Positions 43,444-53,789 of a DNA stretch of 64,000 nucleotides are shown here, piece by piece. A program made the translations under genes and the position numbers. The notes below the pieces were generated by a model that was not told where the DNA came from, ran no database searches, and saw nothing but the letters and a program-made list of their open reading frames with translations. The stretch's first letter is position 1. Each line of letters starts with the position of its first letter. The DNA is from Cyanidioschyzon merolae (Eukaryota), in assembly GCA_000091205.1 (NCBI GenBank), contig AP006496.2, one strand, 5' to 3'.

Positions 43444-45714
43444 ATGACGACGTACTTCGATCGGCTGCTGGCGTCGCTTTCTTCAGCGCTCGAGATTAAT
43501 GCAGCGACGCTGAGCGGTGCTGCGGATATCATCGTCATCCAACAGCCCGACGGACGCCTGGTGTCGACTCCGTTTCACGTCCGTTTCGGTAAACTGCAGT
43601 TACTTAAAAGTCGCGAGAAGGTCGTGGAGATTGAAGTTAGTCCGCTTGATGAAGTTGAAGCGGTAGCGGTAGCAAAGCAGCTGGAGCGCTCCTCCACGGC
43701 GAGCACCGGGCCACCGCCACCCCAGAGCCTAGAAACATCACGGGGCACGTACAGGGCACCGCTTACCATGCTGCTTGGCTCAGCTGGTGAGGCTTTTTTT
43801 GTAGAAGAGACATCTTCGGAGTCTACCGTCGAACTCGAGGGACAAACCCCCGGCGAGGCAATATGGGTGGAACGCGCCCCCAGTGAGCCACCTTCACCCT
43901 GCAGCGAAACCTTCCGCGACTGGCGCTCAGCAGCTGAGCCCAGTGCCGCGTCAAGCTGCCGAGAAGAGTCCCAGAGCGCCTTTAGCGATAGCGAGCAGCC
44001 CACTGGAGCCGAACGCCTCCAGCTGCCTCCGTCGGACTCCGCAGACCTGAGGGCATCCTCGCAACCAGAGTCGCGATGGAGCAGCCGCTTCGGCAGTATG
44101 CTACGAAGGCAACGTCAAACGGGGGCGGAAACACGCTCCTCATCGAGCACTCCGACAGATGTCATAACTTTGGGGATAGAGTCGCTGACGTCATCGCCAC
44201 CGGCCGCTGCACAGCAACAAGCTGAACTGCTGGCATCGCGGGCTTCATCGCGATCCTCACTAGAGGGCGAGAGGTCTCCCGCAGCTGGCGTGGAGTCGCT
44301 TGTCTTTGAAATGGATGACAGTGGCCAAGCGATGACTGAGTCCAGTGTACCGGAAGTTGCAGCCGCTACCGCACCCGCACCCGCAGCATTCACGAGCGCC
44401 ACGGATGTGCATGCTGTCGGCAAGCCCCCCGTTGCCTTGTCGCTATGTGGGCACTTGATCACACCCCAAATGACCCCTGTACAAGTACATGAGGTATTCG
44501 AAGCAAACCGCATATCCCTTGATTACTTTCGGGGTCATGTTACCATTCTCAATCATCCAGATATTCTGGTACGCATTCATGACCAAATCTACCCGCTACG
44601 AGTCGCAACACCGTTGCTGTACGGCATGTTGGCCTTTAACACGGTGCTTGATCCCCATGCGGTCGATCGACAAACAACAGCACCAAAAGCGCGACCGCCG
44701 AGAGCGCGTTTTACCTGGTTCGGGCTTCGAAGCAGTCAACTAGAGGACTCTAGTACCGATTTGTTGCAGCTGGGTGAGCCACTCACGGAAGCGGAAACTG
44801 AACTCAAGCCACCGATGGAAACAAGCACGACCAGCACCGCCGAAGCGAAGCAACATCTGCTGCCGCTGCACCGACCGCGATACATGCGCAAGTCGTTGTA
44901 TCCGAGTTCTGCGCAGTTGGCGCAACTCGGCCTGCGACCCGGAACTAATCTGATCACGTTCACAGTGCAGAGTCGATTACAAGGAGTTCAACGAGTTTGT
45001 AGTCGAATCTATTTGTGGCCCCATGATGTGCGTCTATGCATCAGCGACGTCGACGGTACCATTACACGTAGCGATGTGCTTGGACAAATTCTCCCGCGTG
45101 TCGGCAAGGACTGGAGTCATCAGGGCGTCGCCAGTTTGTATCGAGCCATCGCTCGGAACGGGTACAAGTTTCTCTATTTAACATCGCGTGCGATAGGACA
45201 GGCGTCGGCTACTCGAAGCTACTTGACAACGCTGCAGCAAGAGGGGGGTCTTGGTCTTCCCGACGGGCCGCTCCTGCTCTCCCCGGATCGGGTGATCGAG
45301 TCTTTCACGCGCGAAGTGCTTCGACGGCGTCCGCAAGACTTTAAGATTGCAGCATTGGAGCAGGTCCGTCGACTCTTTCCACCGGGCAACTACAATCCGT
45401 TTTTCGCGGGTTTCGGGAACCGCGACTCTGACCGCATCGCCTATGCGGCCGTTGGGGTGCCACCAGAGCGCGTCTTTATTGTGAACGCTCGCGGCGAGCT
45501 GCAGGTGGGTAACCACGTATACAGTGCGCTCTCGTCGTTCAACGCGCTGCAGAAACTCGTTGACTCCATCTTTCCCGACATTTCCACCGTTTCTGGGCAG
45601 CAGAAAGTAATGGAAGTTCACGAAGCGCATGCCTTTAATGATTATCAGTATTGGAAGCGACCCTATTCACCGACGGGAAGTAGCAGCGACGCTGTATCGC
45701 GTTTCTTTTCGTAG
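43444..45714 (+). CDS. LPIN: Lipin / phosphatidate phosphatase (Pah1/Ned1 family)
   Basis: The N-LIP block is GAADIIVIQQPDGRLVSTPFHVRFGKLQLLKSREKVVEIEV. The C-LIP HAD catalytic motif is ISDVDGTITRSD (DxDxT), followed by FFAGFGNRDSD. The CDS is started at the ATG at 43444, because the ORF-track N-terminal 191 aa lie inside inverted-repeat arm A and are unrelated to lipin. Confidence 0.9.
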   Translation: MTTYFDRLLASLSSALEINAATLSGAADIIVIQQPDGRLVSTPFHVRFGKLQLLKSREKVVEIEVSPLDEVEAVAVAKQLERSSTASTGPPPPQSLETSRGTYRAPLTMLLGSAGEAFFVEETSSESTVELEGQTPGEAIWVERAPSEPPSPCSETFRDWRSAAEPSAASSCREESQSAFSDSEQPTGAERLQLPPSDSADLRASSQPESRWSSRFGSMLRRQRQTGAETRSSSSTPTDVITLGIESLTSSPPAAAQQQAELLASRASSRSSLEGERSPAAGVESLVFEMDDSGQAMTESSVPEVAAATAPAPAAFTSATDVHAVGKPPVALSLCGHLITPQMTPVQVHEVFEANRISLDYFRGHVTILNHPDILVRIHDQIYPLRVATPLLYGMLAFNTVLDPHAVDRQTTAPKARPPRARFTWFGLRSSQLEDSSTDLLQLGEPLTEAETELKPPMETSTTSTAEAKQHLLPLHRPRYMRKSLYPSSAQLAQLGLRPGTNLITFTVQSRLQGVQRVCSRIYLWPHDVRLCISDVDGTITRSDVLGQILPRVGKDWSHQGVASLYRAIARNGYKFLYLTSRAIGQASATRSYLTTLQQEGGLGLPDGPLLLSPDRVIESFTREVLRRRPQDFKIAALEQVRRLFPPGNYNPFFAGFGNRDSDRIAYAAVGVPPERVFIVNARGELQVGNHVYSALSSFNALQKLVDSIFPDISTVSGQQKVMEVHEAHAFNDYQYWKRPYSPTGSSSDAVSRFFS

Positions 45715-46086
45715 ATGGGTGGATGTTTTCCTGCCTGCGGACTGTACTTGGACGCTTCTGGGTCGATGCGCGGCTGCACGCTGAGCACGAAGCTATCGAA
45801 TAACCGCAGTACGGGCTGCCTGATCACTGCGATACTTGAATGGGCTCGTTGTCGTCCAGAGACGGTTGAGAGGCGCCACCAAGGTTGGTTGGTTGGTTGG
45901 TTCAGTGTCTGGGCACACACTGGCCACAAGCGTGGCGCTGCGCAACGCAGGAATCTTGCACTGGTCGATGTATCCCCGAGGCAAGTTCTCGACGCAATGC
46001 TGCAACTGTTTGAGAACGCAGATAGCCACGGGTTGAGCATTGCTACCCATCAGTACGCCCTCGTTCGTAGCAAATCCCAAGCGGGT

Positions 46087-47340
46087 TCAAGCATCGGACT
46101 GATCACTGTGATGCTTGGTTCGCTCCTCCCAGGACGTTGCCGGGAGGTTGCTCCAGAATGCTGCCGGTCTCTGGACAAAATATCGCGGTGCTCGACGATG
46201 GGCACGCTGACGCCTATTCTCGCGTAGCAGTGTAAAGTACGGCAGACAGCACAGGAGAAAGGCAGCCGCGTTGGACACCAGCAGCATGACCAGGTCGGTC
46301 CACCAGAGCACGTTACTGCAGCAGGGCAGCTTCGACGCGACCGCCGCTGCACTGCAGGTGCAGTCGGGACCACAACGACCAAAAGGCGTTTTGCCCGACA
46401 CGGCATTCACAATGAAAATAGCCTCAGTGATGATGAGTGAAAGGAAATACGACAACAATACCGCGGCGCCGATGATGCCGGCGAGGCCGGTCGCCTCCAC
46501 TGGTCGCTTTGCGATTCTTGTGAAAGCAACAAGAATGAGCCCGTAGCCGCCCACCGAGAGCCATAGAACTGCGGTGGTGTAGAGGGTCACCCCCATGGAT
46601 ACCGAGCACGGAGTCGCGTGACGATAACGATCCGCAGAAATGATAATAATGACGACAAAGGGCCAGACAAAGAGGGCCAATGCCAACATGGTGACCCCAA
46701 AGGCGAACAGCAGCAGACGCTTCAGGTTTTCGCGACTGGAGAGATGGCGCTGGTGAAAGCGACCCAGCATGTCGCCAACGTTGCGGCCCAGGCGACCGGG
46801 CTTGAGATTCCCCGCAAAATGTCGCCAGGAAAAATCCTGCAAGATGAGTTGACTTCCGCGCCAACGTACCGGCTTGGCGGCAACCTGACTCGAGTCCATG
46901 TTCGAACGTTGCATCTCTGCAATCTGCTGAGCGTACCAGTCGGAGGTGAAGAGCTGACCACCGCTCGGAGACGTTCCGGTTTCGGGCACGGAGGTGCCGC
47001 TTCTGTCTTCGTCCAACGTTTCTGGGCGCTGTAATGAGTGCAGACTGAACCCGCTACGCTCTTGTTTCGCAGTCGCTGTGTAGAGACGCTCGGCATATTG
47101 ATAGAGGGCAAGCGTTTCTGGCTCGGCCTCTTTCTGGAGCCAAGTATTATACAGATGCTTTCTGCGGAAAGTACTGGGGTCTGTTTCGTACGAACCAGAT
47201 GGAAGGGTTAATGTGGGCGGATCTCCAGCGATACTGGAGATGTCCGGGCCTGTCGCTTGCGCATCCGCTGACCCCAGCGCTGCCTGCAGCTCCACGAGGG
47301 ACGGAACGCGTCTAGGCGCCCGCTGTTTCGCCGCATCCAT
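46087..47340 (-). CDS. Hypothetical four-pass membrane protein with a Cys-rich loop
   Basis: Four hydrophobic segments (LLLFAFGVTMLALALFVWPFVVIIII, VTLYTTAVLWLSVGGYGLILVAFT, GLAGIIGAAVLLSYFLSLIITEAIFIV, WTDLVMLLVSNAAAFLLCCLPYF) follow a 190-aa soluble N-terminus. The loop between the third and fourth segments is GRCGPDCTC...CC. ATG start verified. Confidence 0.5.
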   Translation of the reverse strand: MDAAKQRAPRRVPSLVELQAALGSADAQATGPDISSIAGDPPTLTLPSGSYETDPSTFRRKHLYNTWLQKEAEPETLALYQYAERLYTATAKQERSGFSLHSLQRPETLDEDRSGTSVPETGTSPSGGQLFTSDWYAQQIAEMQRSNMDSSQVAAKPVRWRGSQLILQDFSWRHFAGNLKPGRLGRNVGDMLGRFHQRHLSSRENLKRLLLFAFGVTMLALALFVWPFVVIIIISADRYRHATPCSVSMGVTLYTTAVLWLSVGGYGLILVAFTRIAKRPVEATGLAGIIGAAVLLSYFLSLIITEAIFIVNAVSGKTPFGRCGPDCTCSAAAVASKLPCCSNVLWWTDLVMLLVSNAAAFLLCCLPYFTLLRENRRQRAHRRAPRYFVQRPAAFWSNLPATSWEERTKHHSDQSDA

Positions 47341-48387
47341 GGGTGCTTTCAGAGCGAGCCTGCCACTGTCCAGGGCGAGTTCCGTTCATCGTCGTGCTCC
47401 CGCGCGGGAACAGTGACCACCAGCACCGGAGAACGGCGTTGGATTTCGCACCAGTTGCCACAGGTACAGAGGACGTCGCTAGGCGTGAAGTCGCAGTGTG
47501 CGGATTCAGCAGGTGCTGGGGCAAGAGAGCCAATCAGGGCGGGATGGAAACCCCAAACGACAGAGGCCTCCTCGTCGACTCGGCAGATTCGTGACGCACT
47601 GAGCGCCGTGTACGATGCAGCGCCTCTAATCAATACTAGGTCGCTATTCGGTAAGTCAGGTGTAAATATCACCGCTGTTGGAAGCGAGTTCGGCGTTTTC
47701 GCGGAAGCGCCAGGTACTGCACGTAGCTTCCGCGGTGGCTCCTCGTTCAGACCAGTCCCGGGTCACCTGTTGGTGTATCGCTATTCAAAAACACAGGTAT
47801 GCGGCCAGGCTGGCAGTTTGCTCCGAACAACCAGCGTCGCGGTTGAGGGCGTCAGCCACGCTCTCTTCGTGGTGCGTTGCGGCTTCGCGACTGTGGTCTT
47901 CTTGACCAGTTTCCAAGCCCTGGCAGGAGTTGCGACCCTTGTGTACAATACAAATACAGACCAAGCTGACGCCCGAGACCGGTCCAAGGACCCCGTGTGT
48001 GCTTCCCAGGCTCCGGGTGTGTAGGCGCACTATAAGTGCGTCTAGCTAGCCTTGCCTGGGTACGAGCGTGTGTAGCCAGACCTCAGACCAGAGACCTCGG
48101 TGCCTCAGGGGACGCTTCCGTGCTCCAATAACCCCGAGCGGTGTCTTTTCTCAGAAACAGAGGCAGCTTTCAGACTCCGTAACCCAGTCCAGGCTTACGA
48201 GCTGCAGCCCGAATGGCAATGCGAAGTCGAGTAGCACACCGTTGGCGGTTTGATGCCCGGTGCTGGCGCCCGCCGGTCGAGAAACAGCACGGTGCCCGGG
48301 ATTGGCGTCGGAAGCCCAGTTGCTGTTGTTGTTGGGGTTGCGGGTGCACTGGGGTAGCGCCTGGTGCACAGATAACTGCTCGTTGCC

Positions 48388-49875
48388 ATGGAGGCTGTCA
48401 CCGGTTCTGATCCGTCCGATCCTCTAGTTGCAGACGTCCTGGGCTGTGGTCAGCTGGACCTCACTCGAGGGCTCATGCAACGGGCGTCTTCGGGGCCGCG
48501 TTTGCGACCTGGAGGGCGATTCCGTCAACACGCTGCCGCTCTGGAGGCGCTAACGAGGCTGCGGCAGGATCTAGAAGCTGAGGGTCCAGAGTCGAGTGCG
48601 ACTCAAGGGCAAAATACCGGTGTCAAATGGGACGTTCGCCACCCAGCGTTTGATCCTCGAAGCTATCTGTTCGAGGTTCACGTGGACACGTCCTATCAGG
48701 AGCTGGAACGCGGACTAGAGGAGTTAGCGCAGCGGAGGCAGCGTCTGGAGAAAGCGTACCTGCAAGCGGCAGTGCACTCACTTCCTGCGTACCTGACGAC
48801 AATATTCACGCTACTCCCGGAACTGGAACCGTCCGGTTCAACCTCAGGGCGAACGCATCCACTTGAGCAATTAGAGTCAACTTTTCGAGGGGCGTGCGCG
48901 CAGCTCAGAGATTTGTTCGAAACCTACCACAACATTGGGGTTTCGTTGAGCGCTTGGCAGTATACCTCTGTGCGGATGCGTATCGATCCCGAGATCGGAA
49001 TGATGTACAGACGGTTTCTGACTGCGCTGTTCGAGAGCGATGCAGCAGCAGCAGCTGCTGCTGCTGCTGCTGCCGCCGTGAGCTATAATACATTGATAGA
49101 ATTACGAGCTCAGGCACGCAACGGGCTTGCTCAACGTGAAGCGTCCTCGACAGGGACACGCGAGTGGACCGACGTGACTCTCCGCTCGATGGAGTTCCTG
49201 CTTCAGAGGCTGCGTTTCTGCCCGCGATTCCAGAATGGAGCCGCGTCGATTCCGTCCGCTGCTTTCTGGAAGAGCTTCGATGAAACCGTCGAGCAAATCT
49301 GGGCAGAATGCACTGAACCACGCCGCACGGTCGAGACGTTTTATCTCCTGCGTTTGGACGTTGCCAGTGAGACGCTTCGGGAACGTTGTGACGCACATGC
49401 GCTGCGTCTGAAGAGCACCATCTTGCGGAGCGCCTTATCCGCAGTGGAAAACACGAAAGCAGAGGTACCGGCTGCCGAGTGCAAGTTCACATCAGAAATA
49501 CCTTATACGGAGGTTTTCGCGGCGGCAGCCCAACTCGTTCTTGCGTACCTGCGGAAAGAGGTGATTGGAATGAGCCAGTTCGTTGCGAACCTTTTACACT
49601 ACGTGGATGCGGCACGTCAAGCCCTGCTTGGCCCGATTTTGAACGATGCGGAACGCGAAGCGTCGGCTCGACTGGTCCAAGTCCTGCGAGCATTCATCGA
49701 AACCTGCATAGATATATCTAGGGAGGCGATGGACGCAAATCGGTGGAAGCTGCTGGCTCCAGACGCCTTAACGCCAGAGCTATGGGGCTCGGAAGCGCTA
49801 GCAGAGCGTCTGAAGGGTCTTCTGGAGACCAGTCTGCAGGCTTTGGGGCAGATTCCTTCTGGACGAAGCAGTTGA
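48388..49875 (+). CDS. Hypothetical coiled-coil protein with a weak CATCHR/Vps51-like N-terminal motif
   Basis: FDPRSYLFEVHVDTSYQELERGLEELAQRRQRLEKAY resembles the FDPxxYL signature of tethering-complex subunits. An internal Ala12 tract is present. ATG start verified. Family assignment is weak. Confidence 0.35.
   Translation: MEAVTGSDPSDPLVADVLGCGQLDLTRGLMQRASSGPRLRPGGRFRQHAAALEALTRLRQDLEAEGPESSATQGQNTGVKWDVRHPAFDPRSYLFEVHVDTSYQELERGLEELAQRRQRLEKAYLQAAVHSLPAYLTTIFTLLPELEPSGSTSGRTHPLEQLESTFRGACAQLRDLFETYHNIGVSLSAWQYTSVRMRIDPEIGMMYRRFLTALFESDAAAAAAAAAAAAVSYNTLIELRAQARNGLAQREASSTGTREWTDVTLRSMEFLLQRLRFCPRFQNGAASIPSAAFWKSFDETVEQIWAECTEPRRTVETFYLLRLDVASETLRERCDAHALRLKSTILRSALSAVENTKAEVPAAECKFTSEIPYTEVFAAAAQLVLAYLRKEVIGMSQFVANLLHYVDAARQALLGPILNDAEREASARLVQVLRAFIETCIDISREAMDANRWKLLAPDALTPELWGSEALAERLKGLLETSLQALGQIPSGRSS
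49042..49077. repeat. (GCA)4(GCT)6(GCC)2 trinucleotide tract encoding Ala12, containing a perfect 26-bp palindrome (49042..49067)
   Basis: gcagcagcagcagctgctgctgctgc is its own reverse complement. Confidence 0.9.
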
Positions 49876-50580
49876 AATAGCGCAGAGGCACGGAGCAGCG
49901 TTCTCATCAAAGCACTCGAAAATTCATGGATATCTGCATCGCATCGTTGCGGACATGGCGAAAGCGTCTCTGGAGGAGGCACCGCGGCGCTGCGACACAG
50001 CTTCACTACGCCTAACTCAAGCTGATCAAGTGCCCAGTGCGCCATACTCGTTCCAAGAAAAGTCACTGACCGATCGCTCTCGACCTGCGTCACACATGTT
50101 GTTACCCGCTTTTCGACGAAGCGTACTGAGCAGAAGATTGAAGTGCGCTGCGAAAGAGACAGGCGAAAGAAAGCGACTTTTGTGACAAACAGGTCATTGT
50201 GTTGTGCGCCACACGCCAGTAGAAAGATAAAATTGGCACCTTTGCATGCGGATGTGGAAGGGTGCCACTGCCTTACCGACTGGAAAAGTTTGCGGGTGCC
50301 TCAAGTCGCTCATACGGGTCGGGGTGTTTCGGAACCACAGCAGTCCCCGGGTACGATCCTTGAACCCGGGGCTCGATGCTGGTGCTCGTGCAACCCGCAG
50401 TGCGTCTTGGCGAGCGGCCTCTGGGATCGTCGGGGTCTGCGCACCTCTCTATCGCAAGATTTTATCGACGACGGGGATTCGTAAAAGCCTGTATTGAAAG
50501 TATGGAAAGCAAGGGGGGAACACAAGCAGCACGGCAGCGGGCGCGCCCGTGATCCAGTACTGGGCATCCGCCCGTTTTCG

Positions 50581-52617
50581 CTAGTCCGATGACAAGGAGC
50601 CCGCGAGCCGCTGAACGATGCATATATTCGCATCTGGCGGCAAACGATGCCCAGTCGAGTCGAGACGGTCCTCCCAGTGATGACCATCAGCATCGGTGTG
50701 GTACCGAACATGCCAGGTCTCGCCGGCGGTGTTGCGACCCCATCGACAACCGTGGTACTGCGGATGCTCGGCAGATGAGTCGGCGCGGCGGCTTTCAAAG
50801 TACCACTCGTACCATACTTGGGATTCGTGATTGTGTGGCAAGATTCGTGCATCCACACCGAACTTGTCCCCGAAACGGAATAGGACCTGGGGTTGGTTCT
50901 CGAGGCGGTACTCGCCATGACGCTCGAGCCACCAGTTGCCGTCTGGGTTACGTCGTACGCGGGCATCCTGCCACATGAGCGCTGAGAGCAACGGAAGACT
51001 CTGCATCGGTCCTGTGGGGAACGAGTCCACCGGTTTCGCATTGCACTCGGCAGCGGTACTCGACTGGCAAGGCAGCGCCGCATGGACGCCATCCTGGGCG
51101 CCTTCATGTTCAGAGATCGAAAGCGCACTGAGTGCAGTCATCGCGCCGGCGTATCGATCGGGGTGGCGTGCATGTCCGCAGGCCTCGATTTCCAGCGGAT
51201 GCTCGTTCGCTTCGTGGGAACTACGGGTAGAATGCGCACTAGGAGATCCCGAGGGAAAAGTGGTCCCTATGATTGACGCCAGATGCTCCCAGGGGCAATC
51301 GCTGTTCTCCTTTTCGGGCTCTGCAAGTGAGAAGCCAAGCGCCGATAGGCTTCTGCTGCTGCTGCTGCTGACGTTCTCGAAAACGGGCGCGTATAATTCA
51401 GCTCCAGGCATCGGCAACGAATACTGGATGCTATCATCCCAAGACGCTGGCAGAGATGCGCGTTTGCCCATTGGCCCTTTGCGGGGACCTGACTTCGATT
51501 GCTTCTCGGGTACATCTTGATTCCTTTCGCACAGCACTTGTATTTGTGGTTTGCTTTCCAGGCGCGCTCGGAATGGCGCTTGATTCTTCTCTATCTGCCC
51601 GAAAACTGTAGGGAATGCGAGATTCTCAGTTGTATGGACATTGGCGGATCGATGGTCCATCAGTTCTGAAGCAGGTAACTCGCTGCGGTGCGCTGTGTAT
51701 TCTTCATTCGTCGGTATCGCCGCGTCTTCGGAGTCGTCATTGGAATCCGACAAGGCGACGAAAGTGGCGCTGAGGGATAGATCATGCAGATTCGCATAAT
51801 GGCGACTATGGCGTCGGTACCACAGACGCTCGAGACGGTCGGGATCGTGCAGCTTCCGGCACGCGATTGTCTTGAGTGTCGGCCATGCACGCGCGCTGTA
51901 CAGCCGTACTGGCTTGGGTAGAGGCAGCAGCGGCAGCAGCCAATAGCACGGTTGCACATGCCGTATGACAGAAGCAGCCGATGCAGGGCTTTCAGGGAAC
52001 CTGCCTCTCGCAGGAGTGCGCTTGCGGCAGGAGCGGGCGAAGAGCGCGCTTCGCTCCTCACGCTCTCGGCTGCGTCTGCGCAAGCTGATGAGCACCAGCA
52101 CCCAGACGACCATCCAACCAGCTACATGGAGTGCAACAGGCACTCTTGGGAGCTGGAGCGGCGCGTGCTGCGAATGCCATCGCTCAGAAGCGCTCCACCA
52201 TGGGAGCCAAGAGTCCCGTCGAGCAGCGACCGCTCCCGATGGGAACGCCTCCGAAGCTGGAAAGCTGCTAGGTTCATGCAGGTCCACCGATAGCACGCAC
52301 CCAGACTGCGGCTCTAAAGGCCTGTAGAGTGTGCGGCCTTTCGTTCCTGTTGGAGCATCCCCGATCCCGTAAACAGAGCCCGCTGTATGCTCTTCTATTC
52401 CGGTTGACCCGGATGCCTCGCGCAGTTTCAGAGACTCGCGTTTTGAATGCCGCCTATACGGTGCGCGTGTTTCATGCAGCCGAAAATGGTCTTCGTTCAC
52501 GTTCGTTGGCGCATAGAGCGCAGCGTCGCGACCGTCTCGAGTTGCACGACCTCCGACGCCGTACGGATGCATATCCGGGGCGGTTTCCGACCAGGTTTCG
52601 CGCTGAGATCGCTGCAT
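50581..52617 (-). CDS. Hypothetical single-pass membrane protein with a Trp-rich C-terminal region
   Basis: The TM segment is LHVAGWMVVWVLVLISLRRR. The C-terminus carries repeated W/E motifs (WWLERHGEYRLE...VWYEWYFES...WHVRYHTDADGHHWEDR). The ORF-track start at 52707 is GTG; the first ATG is at 52617. Confidence 0.4.
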   Translation of the reverse strand: MQRSQRETWSETAPDMHPYGVGGRATRDGRDAALYAPTNVNEDHFRLHETRAPYRRHSKRESLKLREASGSTGIEEHTAGSVYGIGDAPTGTKGRTLYRPLEPQSGCVLSVDLHEPSSFPASEAFPSGAVAARRDSWLPWWSASERWHSQHAPLQLPRVPVALHVAGWMVVWVLVLISLRRRSREREERSALFARSCRKRTPARGRFPESPASAASVIRHVQPCYWLLPLLPLPKPVRLYSARAWPTLKTIACRKLHDPDRLERLWYRRHSRHYANLHDLSLSATFVALSDSNDDSEDAAIPTNEEYTAHRSELPASELMDHRSANVHTTENLAFPTVFGQIEKNQAPFRARLESKPQIQVLCERNQDVPEKQSKSGPRKGPMGKRASLPASWDDSIQYSLPMPGAELYAPVFENVSSSSSRSLSALGFSLAEPEKENSDCPWEHLASIIGTTFPSGSPSAHSTRSSHEANEHPLEIEACGHARHPDRYAGAMTALSALSISEHEGAQDGVHAALPCQSSTAAECNAKPVDSFPTGPMQSLPLLSALMWQDARVRRNPDGNWWLERHGEYRLENQPQVLFRFGDKFGVDARILPHNHESQVWYEWYFESRRADSSAEHPQYHGCRWGRNTAGETWHVRYHTDADGHHWEDRLDSTGHRLPPDANICIVQRLAGSLSSD

Positions 52618-53196
52618 ATCCCCTGTCAATGATTCAAAGAAAAAGTGTCTACTAGTACACGTCACCAATAGTTCCTGTAGCGTCAATAGAGCAGTTTCGT
52701 TGGTCACTGCTTAGAAACGCAAGGAATATGAATGCCAGTTGCATGTGGCGATAACGGCTGTGCCGTACGCGTGGCATGCACGGATCAGCGAGATCGCCTG
52801 GCGGGAAGCCGCCATACGATGCGTGCATGCGTACGTGCGTGCGCGATTCCGCAATGCGTAACGCCTCGGCGGTGCGCCGCGCGTTGCTGATCGCTATCGC
52901 ATCGCAGTCTTTGCCCTCAAAAGTGTTCCGCATTCAGGTGCATGTCATCAAATGCTTTTTCGCTGCTTACCGCGGACGCATGCAAAGTGCTTTCGTTTGA
53001 AGTGATGAAAAAACCAGGGGAAAGTATGGACATGCAAGTCGGGAATCCTAGGGGGGTCGTCATCGCCGGGTGCAGGAAAAACAACAAAAAATCCTCTTCT
53101 CGTTGACTCTCGAGCGAAGAAGAAGAACAATGGACGAAGAAGAAATGAGGAGATCGTCGAGAAAAGGCGTTTGCCCGATGGAACGATGACGAGACT

Positions 53197-53700
53197 TTGG
53201 CGCCATACAGGGCACGAGTCCGAGGACTCTTTGTATCAGTGAATTCCACCAGCGAGAACGAACGCATAGAGTTCGTGAACAGAGACTTCAACATCGCCAT
53301 AAAAATCCGACGATGTGCGGTACTGAAGACAAGACCCGCAGGGCTGTGGCTATCTAACTTTATGGAGCAGCCTCTCGGGCTCGAAGCATACGATGAGAAG
53401 CTGAAGCAGATAGCACGTGTACAGTCGCAAAAGGCTGAGAAGCGTCTGCGCCTGGGTAGATATACATCCTCGACATGGTCCTGCGACCTTTACGCAGCGT
53501 CCAACGAGGTACTGGGATCGAGGTGGCACGAGAGAGCGCCCGCGTTCGTGCGAGCTTTAGCGCGCAGCTTCAGTGTGCATGGGGATCCCGCAACTGATGG
53601 CACGTGGGTCAACTGGGCCGCTTCAGCTGCTACCCGAACGCCAATATGCAGAAGCTCCCTGCCTCTTGTGATTCGCTTTGCACATGTATCCGTCTTCTGA
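53197..53700 (+). CDS. Questionable small ORF next to inverted-repeat arm B
   Basis: The track start is TTG, the first ATG lies far inside, and there is no recognisable domain. It is listed only because it fills the last 600 bp of the inverted-repeat-bounded segment. Confidence 0.12.
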   Translation: MAPYRARVRGLFVSVNSTSENERIEFVNRDFNIAIKIRRCAVLKTRPAGLWLSNFMEQPLGLEAYDEKLKQIARVQSQKAEKRLRLGRYTSSTWSCDLYAASNEVLGSRWHERAPAFVRALARSFSVHGDPATDGTWVNWAASAATRTPICRSSLPLVIRFAHVSVF

Positions 53701-53789
53701 ACAGGGGCATTTCTGTTATTTCCATTCAGAGGCAGATCAAGGAAAGACAGCGAGAGTGAATCAGTGCACAGAAGGGTTTACGCTAATGT

